From Candidatus Brocadiia bacterium (GTDB lineage: Bacteria; Planctomycetota; Brocadiia; SM23-32), in NCBI GenBank assembly GCA_046538485.1, contig JBKHIT010000002.1:64001-128000 (forward strand): a stretch of DNA of 64,000 nucleotides, written 5' to 3'. The first letter of the stretch is position 1, and each line of letters begins with the position of its first letter. Made by a program: the position numbers and the translations under genes. Of this stretch, positions 1-7,678 are shown piece after piece. The notes under the pieces are model-generated. The model worked only from the letters and a program-made list of their open reading frames with translations. It had not been told where the DNA came from and searched no databases.

Positions 1-573
1 GTGGTTCTCTCCGCGGAGACCGAAGAATTGGGTTTGACTGCGGGGCTTCAGGACCGGGTTGCGCAGGCCTATCAGGGCGTAGTTTATATGGATTTTGGCA
101 AAGAATATATGAAGCAACATGGTTACGGACTTTACGAAAGGTTATCGGCGGAGGCATTGCCGCCGCTCTATATTGCCTACCGTACGGATTTGAGTGAGGA
201 AAGTGACCAGGCTCATATACGTGTCCGGGAACGCTACGATATGGGCGAAGAAAAAGTCATTGAAACAATGGACAAGATCGCTTCACTGGCGGACGAAGCA
301 CGCGAGGCTTTGCAGGCAGGACGAACTGAAGATCTGCCTGAGATGATCGACCGCAATTTCGACCTGCGGAGCGAAATATACCCGATCAGCGAGGCGAACA
401 TGGAAATGGTCCGAAGGGCAAGGGAGACGGGTGCATCGTGCAAGTTTTGCGGATCGGGCGGCGCGGTCGTCGGCACTTTCGACGGTCAAAAAAATGTTGA
501 AGAATTGCGTCGAACGATGGAAGAAGGTGGCTACAGATTTGTCCTCCCGGAAATCGTCGGGCCCGGTGAGTGA
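1..573 (+). CDS. GHMP-family sugar kinase, glucuronokinase-like (5' partial, C-terminal half)
   Basis: Motifs GLTAGLQDRVAQAYQGVVYMDF and C-terminal KFCGSGGAVVG (GHMP motif III). The ORF is open at the window start. Confidence 0.8.
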   Translation: MVLSAETEELGLTAGLQDRVAQAYQGVVYMDFGKEYMKQHGYGLYERLSAEALPPLYIAYRTDLSEESDQAHIRVRERYDMGEEKVIETMDKIASLADEAREALQAGRTEDLPEMIDRNFDLRSEIYPISEANMEMVRRARETGASCKFCGSGGAVVGTFDGQKNVEELRRTMEEGGYRFVLPEIVGPGE

Positions 574-632
574 ACAGGCCAAACTTCTCGCGGAAACGCA
601 CGGCTGTTACTGAAATCAATTTTCAGGTATCA

Positions 633-3110
633 CTAGTTTTCTGCCAGCCACATTATAAGCAAACCAGCGCAGCCGTAGAGGACAGCTCCGAGTAACATCA
701 CGTTTGTCAGACCCGTCCCGGTGGCAAGCAATACCCCGATAGGCGGACCTGCAACCGAAGCAAATCCGTTGACTGCCCATGCCCACGGGATGTACTCCGG
801 TCGTCTCGCACGCAGGCACGCTATTCCGCTCGGGAAAAAACATCCCATTAGCGTTGCCAGGGGAGCGATTAAGACGATTGCAGTGGTTAAGCGTGCGAGA
901 ACAGGCCATCCGGCAGCAAAGGCAAAAATTGGCCCCAGGGTCAGTACGAGTCCTATGCTCATAAAAATGATTGCCGCGGAGGCTGACATGACCGTGTGAG
1001 GTGGGGCAAGCGGACTTCGCCCGCTCAGCCAGCTTCCCAAACCGGTAAAAAAAAGGAAAATACTCAAAACCAAACCGGCCGACAATATCGGGTCCCCGAG
1101 AAAATGCGTAAAGCGAATGATCAGGGTCATCTCAAGCACCATGAAGGTTATTCCAAGGGTCAGAAAATAGAGCAGCGTTGGAATCCGGAAACCGGAAGGA
1201 AATTTGATCTGACGGGAAATAAGCAGCGGCAAAACAATCAATATCCCGCCGACCACGATGACTTCTATCAGAACTGCTACAACAGCGACGTAGCCAGGTT
1301 CGGAACGTCTGAACCAGCTTCGACTGTAAACCCGACGAAACTTCGAGATGCTCTCCCAGCGGAAGAAATTATGGAAATAGGGGCGGTCGTCGGTAGGGAC
1401 TTCAACGTTATAAATGTAGTCGCTTAGAAATTGTGCCCGATCGGCCGAGAAAATCTTTCTGGCGGCGTGATGAAGATAGGAATAGGATTTGCCCGGGGGG
1501 CCGGGCACCCGGGCGTATTGCTGGGCGGAGTCGCCCCCGTCGATCGGTAACCAGGGGGTGTCCAGCTGGAGTTCCGCAGCGGTTTGTTTCAGTCGGGCGT
1601 ATCTATTGGCCCCAAAGGGTTTTCGTGAGACGAGGGTGCAAACGGCCAGATAGTTCCGGAGCTGGACGATATGTTGCGCGGGATGACTGCAGCCCCCGGC
1701 TTCCAGAGCCGAGACAAAGGTATTCAGAAGTTTGATGTTTCCACGCGGGGGAGATTGTTTTTGTCGTGTGACGGAAATAACCCCCTCGGGAGACAAATGT
1801 TTCAAACAAAGTTGGAAACTTTCCCGGGTGAGCAAGAAATCTTCGTGAACGGACAAAAGCCCAGCTACACCTGCGGTCATCCCTTCAGCCCCCGCCAGCT
1901 GGATAATATCATAGGTCCGGTCTGTCTGCTCGAGAAAAAGCCGCGGATCGCGCGTAATGACCTCAACGTTTTGCTGCTGAAAGACATGGCCCATAGGTTC
2001 CGCAAGCGACCCATACCACATTTCTACCAGCTGCGGGTTGCGCTGGACCACGGTTATCCGAGAGGCGTCCCAGCGTTTTGCGAGCCACACATTTGTCCCG
2101 TCAGTTTCACCAAGTAACAGCACCCGGGGCTTCTCGATCAGGCGGTGCGCCACGCTCATCGGCGTGTGATCGAGTAACGGGGCCTGAGACGCTTTTCTAA
2201 TCTTTAGAGAAACTCCCCATGGAGAAGCATCACGATACAATCGCAGTTGAGGCGTGTCTCGTTCCGGAGCGGGAGCTGTCCACCCGGCGAAAAGGGTAAA
2301 AGGCGATGTCGTTGTTTCATAGATATCGATGCGTGCGCGTGGGCCAGGGCGGGTAGCGATGTGCTTCGCGTCGGACTGTTTCTCCCACCGACGCGCGGTT
2401 GCCAACCCTTTGTAAGTATCGATTCGCAAATTGAGCCTTTGGACGACCGGCATACACACGATTGCGGTCCCGGCAAGGAGAGGCCACAGAACCGGCCAGA
2501 GTGCGGAATCGGTCTGTTTGAGGTCATGGAATCTCCACAGCACGGCAGCCAGAAGTGCCAGAAGAGAGACGACGTAGATGAGCTTGACTTCCGGCATCAG
2601 GAACATTATGGGAAGAATCAAAAGCCCACCGGCGCCGCTCCCGAAGAGGTTGGCCGCATAAACGAGATGTACTTTCTCTTTGAGGTGGGTCAATGAAAGA
2701 CCGATGACTATGCCGCCGATGAAAAAGGGCAGACTGAGAGCAACGTGGTAGAGCATCAGAAATCCCGCCTGTTCCCAGCTGTAGAGGACATACCGGACAT
2801 CAAGCGGCAGTGCCTGGATGGTGTGGAAAGAGAGTGGGACTGCAACGGCAAGAGCAGATGTCAATGCCGTACACCACGTGGCAAAACGGCGTTCAAGTCG
2901 GTGTCCGATGAAGGTAAGCAGTGTTCCGCTGGCCCCGAAGCCGATGAGTGATGTGCTGATTACGAGGTAGGCAAAATGATGGAACGTTGCGACCGATAGA
3001 CACCGCATCAGGACCAATTCGAGGGCGATGACCGCGCTTGAGATGAGAAAAACAGCGGCAGCTGCCGGCAAAATCCCCGTTATTCCGCTCTCGGATATCT
3101 TTTTTTGCAC
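633..3110 (-). CDS. Integral membrane protein with central spermidine-synthase-like/SAM-methyltransferase domain
   Basis: About 7 N-terminal and about 7 C-terminal hydrophobic helices flank a Rossmann-like domain (RVLLLGETDG, DPRLFLEQTDRTYDII, PTDDRPYF). C-terminal WAWAVNGFASV is typical of this family. The GTG start lies 4 nt after the pcm stop. Confidence 0.8.
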   Translation of the reverse strand: MQKKISESGITGILPAAAAVFLISSAVIALELVLMRCLSVATFHHFAYLVISTSLIGFGASGTLLTFIGHRLERRFATWCTALTSALAVAVPLSFHTIQALPLDVRYVLYSWEQAGFLMLYHVALSLPFFIGGIVIGLSLTHLKEKVHLVYAANLFGSGAGGLLILPIMFLMPEVKLIYVVSLLALLAAVLWRFHDLKQTDSALWPVLWPLLAGTAIVCMPVVQRLNLRIDTYKGLATARRWEKQSDAKHIATRPGPRARIDIYETTTSPFTLFAGWTAPAPERDTPQLRLYRDASPWGVSLKIRKASQAPLLDHTPMSVAHRLIEKPRVLLLGETDGTNVWLAKRWDASRITVVQRNPQLVEMWYGSLAEPMGHVFQQQNVEVITRDPRLFLEQTDRTYDIIQLAGAEGMTAGVAGLLSVHEDFLLTRESFQLCLKHLSPEGVISVTRQKQSPPRGNIKLLNTFVSALEAGGCSHPAQHIVQLRNYLAVCTLVSRKPFGANRYARLKQTAAELQLDTPWLPIDGGDSAQQYARVPGPPGKSYSYLHHAARKIFSADRAQFLSDYIYNVEVPTDDRPYFHNFFRWESISKFRRVYSRSWFRRSEPGYVAVVAVLIEVIVVGGILIVLPLLISRQIKFPSGFRIPTLLYFLTLGITFMVLEMTLIIRFTHFLGDPILSAGLVLSIFLFFTGLGSWLSGRSPLAPPHTVMSASAAIIFMSIGLVLTLGPIFAFAAGWPVLARLTTAIVLIAPLATLMGCFFPSGIACLRARRPEYIPWAWAVNGFASVAGPPIGVLLATGTGLTNVMLLGAVLYGCAGLLIMWLAEN

Positions 3111-3114
3111 GCGT

Positions 3115-4017
3115 TCACCGGCCTTCTTGTGCTCGACCCGTCATTGGCACGAAACGAACGGCCATCAATTCCTGCGACCGTATTCGCCCTTCGGCGTTCT
3201 TCCGAACTTTTATGAGCGACTGAGTTTCATAGACGCTGCCAACCGGGATTACCATGTGTCCGCCGGGGGCGAGTTGTTTGAGCAACGGGGGAGGTATATG
3301 GCCAGCGCTGCACGTCACGATAATGGCATCAAACGGTGCATGTTCTTCCCAGGCAAAATACCCGTCTCCCTGTTTTGACTTCACATTTCGGTATCCCAAA
3401 CGCTTGAGCCTTTTACTTGCTTGCACGGCCAGCTCTTTGATGATTTCGATGGTATAAACTTTAGACGTAATTTCGGCGAGAACAGCCGCTTGATATCCGC
3501 TTCCCGTCCCTATTTCGAGGACTTTTTCGCCAGGTTCAAGCTCAAGCTGCTCTGTCATGTAGGCGACGATATACGGCTGGGAGATGGTCTGGCCATGTCC
3601 TATCGGCAGGGGGCTATCGCCGTAGGCGTTGCCTGACATCCCCTCTGAAACAAAAGCATGCCGCGGGACTCGACGCATTGCCTGCAGCACTGTTTTGTCA
3701 GTAACCCCACGGCTTTCGATTTGCTCAGTGACCATGCGGCGGCGCTCGTCGGTGCGCTCGCTGAAGGCGGGGGGAGTTTCCGCGGATTTTTGATCGGTTT
3801 CCCTTTTTCCCTGCTGGGGACCGGGCTGGTCGAGGGGAGCCTCAGAAACCGGTGGTTGTTTGACGGGGCGGTTGCGGCTCTGTTCCGGGGGGTTGGGCGG
3901 TCGCCCGGAAGGTTGTCCCAGAGCTAACCAGAGAATGCCGACAATCAGAAAAGTCGCTACCACTGCAGCCACAGCTAACAGTAACAGTCTGGCCGGTTTG
4001 GTCGGAGTTTCGTTCAC
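3115..4017 (-). CDS. pcm: Protein-L-isoaspartate(D-aspartate) O-methyltransferase with N-terminal membrane anchor and Pro-rich linker
   Basis: VPRHAFV, PLPIGHGQTISQPYIVA, VLEIGTGSGYQAA, APFDAIIVT, LLKQLAPGGHMVIPVG and VRFVPM. Start moved to GTG 4017 (GGAG RBS 8 nt upstream) from the ORF-track start at 4215. Confidence 0.93.
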   Translation of the reverse strand: MNETPTKPARLLLLAVAAVVATFLIVGILWLALGQPSGRPPNPPEQSRNRPVKQPPVSEAPLDQPGPQQGKRETDQKSAETPPAFSERTDERRRMVTEQIESRGVTDKTVLQAMRRVPRHAFVSEGMSGNAYGDSPLPIGHGQTISQPYIVAYMTEQLELEPGEKVLEIGTGSGYQAAVLAEITSKVYTIEIIKELAVQASKRLKRLGYRNVKSKQGDGYFAWEEHAPFDAIIVTCSAGHIPPPLLKQLAPGGHMVIPVGSVYETQSLIKVRKNAEGRIRSQELMAVRFVPMTGRAQEGR

Positions 4018-4536
4018 CGTTTGCGCTCCGTAATCCCGGTAAAAATGGGTTGCCCGTTCCGCGACCCGCCACATGTCCATGATAAACGTGGGGAAAGAGG
4101 GTTGCAAGGTTGTCGTAATATAAACCTCATCTTTTGGTGTCAATGATTCTGTCGGCTTGCAACCCGGCTTTTCGCCCGCGCATCCTGCAGGCTCCAGTCC
4201 AGCTGAGCCCGCCACTCAGCGGGCGAAGCGTGACTTGAGGCGGACAAATGCCGGGAAATGGGCCACCAGGGGACGGGATAAAAGGGTATATAGGCGGCAG
4301 AAAAAGTTCTGGCCTCGGCCGCCCTGTGCTGGTGGGGGCAACGGAGGTGTGGCGGTTCGGCTGACAGACGCATGTAGCACAGGCTCTCCAGCGTGTGGAC
4401 CGGGTCGTCAGACCCGGAGTCGTTGTCGTTTGTTACGGAACGGAATATTTGGCGTGGCGGACAATCGTATCAGCACCGGTTTGTGCATGAACCCCGCCGG
4501 CACATCCGGCTACGGAGTGCGGCGACCGCGAGTCGC

Positions 4537-4779
4537 GGTGGACTACCTGGAAAGGGGTATACCAATGCCAGTGATATTTAAAAATGGCAGGCACCTCTGC
4601 CCAACGAATCCCCCACAGGGGGCGCCGCTGTGCCGTTGTCTTTCGTCGTTTTGTGGTGGACTACCTGGAAGCGGGATGCCAATCCAATGATATTTCAAAA
4701 TGGCAGCCACGTCTGCCCCCAACGAATCCCCCCACAGGGGCCACCGCTTTGCCGTTTGTCTTCCGTCGTTTTGTGGCGG
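4537..4779. repeat. Imperfect tandem duplication, two copies of about 118-125 bp
   Basis: Copy 1 starts GGTGGACTACCTGGAA at 4537 and copy 2 at 4655. Both continue ...TGATATTT.AAAATGGCAG.CAC.TCTGCCC..AACGAATCCCCC.ACAGGGG...CCGCT.TGCCGTT.GTCTT.CGTCGTTTTGTGG.GG. Confidence 0.9.
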
Positions 4780-4917
4780 GCCTTCAGCCCACTTTTTTCC
4801 CAATGCACACCTGTACCCCAGGGCTCCGAGGGCTTTCAGCCGTCTGCACCACGGGCTATTATATACTGCCCTTTCAGGGCATGAGACGGCAGGGCGCGCT
4901 CGGCGATCACGCCCTGC
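4778..4917. repeat. Cluster of short REP-like palindromes
   Basis: GGGCCTTCAGCCC (4778), CCCCAGGGC (about 4816), GGGCTTTCAGCC (4830), GCCCTTTCAGGGC (4868) and the hairpin GCAGGGCG...CGCCCTGC (about 4889-4917). Confidence 0.6.
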
Positions 4918-5012
4918 ATGTATGCGGCATCCCGGATACGTGAGGGCCCGGTGGGTTCTGGGAAATGTTCCGGGGCGGTGAACTGTTGCTATCCGGGAAA
5001 ATGCTAAAGAAC

Positions 5013-5052
5013 TGTAGGTCCGCATCGCCGAGGCGGAGCTGCCGTTGGTTGT
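5013..5052 (+). repeat. REP-like dispersed repeat, copy A (GTAG foot plus GC hairpin)
   Basis: TGTAGGTCCGCATCGCCGAGGCGGAGCTGCCGTTGGTTGT, closely similar to 36916-36955. Confidence 0.7.
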
Positions 5053-5315
5053 TTTGCTATTTTGCTCCGAGACCTGCAGGTTTGTGCACCGCGTGCTGAA
5101 CTCCAGCCTCCGGCTGAAGTCCAGTCCGCTCGCGGGTCCGGGCCCGCTTGCAAATCCGCCGGGGTTGTTTGGACGGAAAGCGCGAACCCCTTGTCCTTTC
5201 CGTCGCTTTGGTCCCTTACGTCCGTTTTTTTACGGGCTTCCCGGAAGCAAGGCACAGTTGAGTTATGGGAGAGATTTCCTATAATCATTTCAAACTGCTC
5301 AAAGGAGGTCTGAAG

Positions 5316-6509
5316 ATGCCAGTGCCAAAACCAACTGATATCTGCCTCAGCATTCGGAGTGTTCGCTTTAACGTTCCCGATTCGGACCCAAAATCGTGGG
5401 CTGCGGCGCGTGGCATCATCAAAAAAGTCTCTCCCACCCGAATCGAGTGGTCGTATGTCCGTGATCGGGACAAAATTGATTTTATGAAAGATCGGGCGAA
5501 TGTATTTGTATCGTCACTCAATACCATTTCGCCGCCGGGACATGCATTGGATTTTGACGCGCAGCCCTGTATAGCCCCCTGGATGCGGAAATTCGGATCG
5601 CCGGGGGATCGAAAACCATACATCTGCATGAACAATCCCACGGATTTAGAAAACCGATGTCGGCGCTCAGAAGAACTGATATCCGACGGGGTAACTGACA
5701 CATTTCAATTTGACGACTGGTACGGTAACGCGCAGATGTTCGGTTGGCCGCGGACCCCTTACACACCGACGGCATGTTTCTGCAGCCATTGCATGCGGGA
5801 ATTCGGACGCTACCTCGGACTCGATATAAACTATCGTGAATATCTTGTTGGTCGGGGCATCCGAAGCCGGAAACAGCTGTTTGCGATGGCTGAGCAAGGC
5901 GAGGTGCCCCTTTGGGATGATTTCAAACGGTTTGCCGAACAATCTGTCTACGACTACCTCCGGCGCCTGCGTCAGACGATGGCCCGTCATTTGGGGGAAG
6001 AACCGACCCTGTCTGTCAACGCGACTGTGAATTTCGATCGGATTGATCTTATCAAAGGTCTGGTCGACTATTTGCACGGCGAGACGCGGAATTTCTCTCC
6101 TCAAAATCTCTATCGCATGGCAGCGCTGAGTCGCGAGAAAAACCTTCCCCAGGTCGTTTCAATGTTTCCCGATGTGCCGGCCCGTGAATATCACAGCGAC
6201 GAATTCGTGGCACGAATTCGCAGGGCGATCGCCGTCTGTTACGCGCTTGAAATGGTTCCGCTCTTCCCCTGGGACGTTTATGCGGGGGATCAGCCGCGCT
6301 GGTACGGACGCTGGGAAGAATACCGTGACCCTTACCAGAAAGTGCGCGAATCCCCTCATTGGTTGAAAGACTACAGGTGGACCAGGTTAGAGCAGAAAGA
6401 GGGGAAAGTGATAATTTTTGCCGAGCTGACGGATAATTCGCCCATCGGCATTAAACACATAATAGAAGAAGATGGAACATGGGAGATCGAAGAAGTAATG
6501 TCGGACTGA
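5316..6509 (+). CDS. Hypothetical protein, probable glycoside-hydrolase-like TIM barrel
   Basis: Strong RBS AAAGGAGG before ATG 5316. Contains FQFDDW, the CFCSHC Cys cluster typical of GH42/GHL-like barrels, and VDYLHGE. No signal peptide. Confidence 0.55.
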   Translation: MPVPKPTDICLSIRSVRFNVPDSDPKSWAAARGIIKKVSPTRIEWSYVRDRDKIDFMKDRANVFVSSLNTISPPGHALDFDAQPCIAPWMRKFGSPGDRKPYICMNNPTDLENRCRRSEELISDGVTDTFQFDDWYGNAQMFGWPRTPYTPTACFCSHCMREFGRYLGLDINYREYLVGRGIRSRKQLFAMAEQGEVPLWDDFKRFAEQSVYDYLRRLRQTMARHLGEEPTLSVNATVNFDRIDLIKGLVDYLHGETRNFSPQNLYRMAALSREKNLPQVVSMFPDVPAREYHSDEFVARIRRAIAVCYALEMVPLFPWDVYAGDQPRWYGRWEEYRDPYQKVRESPHWLKDYRWTRLEQKEGKVIIFAELTDNSPIGIKHIIEEDGTWEIEEVMSD

Positions 6510-6540
6510 CATCTTAGTTCCCTGCTTGAAAGGCCGAAAA

Positions 6541-7581
6541 ATGGAGCGTGAAGACTGGTTTAGAGTTGTTGAAATGAAAGGACCGGGCCCTATCCCGTGT
6601 CGACCGGTTCTGTCAGGTGCAACGTGGAATCAGCACAAAGAGGAACTTCAGAAAATTGTTGACAAATATCCCGACGTGTTTGGGGGCTCATCGCCCAGGG
6701 GAAAGTGGGAAAATTTCGACGACCGCCACAGCATCGAGACCACCATCGATAGCTGGGGTTGTCGATGGGACAATGCCCAGGCCGGTATCGTCGGACAGGT
6801 GACCGAACACCCTCTGGAAGATTGGGATGATTTTAACGGTTTCGAACCGCCGGATCCGGAGTATAAGACCGACTTTGGGGATAAGGATTGGGACAGCGAA
6901 CGCAAGAAGATTAAAGAGGCCAAAGAACAGGGGCAAATTACTGCAGGCGGAGTCAGTCACGGGTTTCTTTTCCAGCGTCTTTATTATCTGCGGGGCTTTG
7001 AAAACCTCATGATGGATATTGCCACCGGAGATCCCAGGCTCCTGAAGCTGATCGATATGGTGGTGGAATTCAACATGAAAATTGTCAAACGCTACCTGTC
7101 ACTCGGTGTCGATCTGATGCAGTTCGGTGACGACCTGGGTATGCAGGAGCGGCTGACAGTTTCGCCCGAGCAATGGCGTCGTTATATCGGGCCGGCATAC
7201 ACAAAGCTGTTTCAGACATGCCGTAATGCGGGCGCTCACGTTCACCTCCATTCCGATGGTTACATCACCGACATTATGGAGGATTTGATCGAAGCAGGAG
7301 TGACGATTCTTAACCCCCAGGATTTGATCCACGGCCTCGATGTGCTCAAGGGAAAGCTTAAAGGCAAAATTTGCATCGATCTCGACATTGACCGCCAGAA
7401 AATCATCCCGTGGGCAAGTCCGCAAGAGATCGATAATCACATCAAACGATGTATCAAAAAGCTGGGGTCTCGTCAGGGTGGCCTCATGATGGTGTGCGGA
7501 ATTTATCCGCCGACCCCCATCGAGAATATTGAGGCGCTCATCAGGGCGATGAGCCGGTACAGAACAATGTACGCGGAATGA
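6541..7581 (+). CDS. Uroporphyrinogen decarboxylase (URO-D)/MtaA-CmuA-like family protein
   Basis: DSWGCRW, LRGFENLMMD, FGDDLGMQ, HLHSDG and PIENIEAL. Confidence 0.85.
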   Translation: MEREDWFRVVEMKGPGPIPCRPVLSGATWNQHKEELQKIVDKYPDVFGGSSPRGKWENFDDRHSIETTIDSWGCRWDNAQAGIVGQVTEHPLEDWDDFNGFEPPDPEYKTDFGDKDWDSERKKIKEAKEQGQITAGGVSHGFLFQRLYYLRGFENLMMDIATGDPRLLKLIDMVVEFNMKIVKRYLSLGVDLMQFGDDLGMQERLTVSPEQWRRYIGPAYTKLFQTCRNAGAHVHLHSDGYITDIMEDLIEAGVTILNPQDLIHGLDVLKGKLKGKICIDLDIDRQKIIPWASPQEIDNHIKRCIKKLGSRQGGLMMVCGIYPPTPIENIEALIRAMSRYRTMYAE

Positions 7582-7678
7582 ACGTATAATCTCGACTCAG
7601 AGAAATTCAGTCAGAATGGACAGTCTCTCGGACTCAGATCCATATTTTTGATTGCTTTTCGAAGATAGGAGTCGATTT

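Noticed and set aside
4018..4215. ORF-track N-terminal extensions (also 44836-45021, 55892-56080, 47668-47805, 23908-23973, 38743-38835)
   Set aside because: Downstream starts fit signal peptides, RBS positions or family N-termini better, and some extensions overlap neighbouring genes.
4537..4779. Possible CRISPR array
   Set aside because: Only two long degenerate units, no unique spacers between short identical repeats, and no cas genes.
4157..5313. Several overlapping 60-180 aa ORFs in the intergenic region
   Set aside because: They translate the repeats and palindromes, with no convincing RBS or protein-like features.
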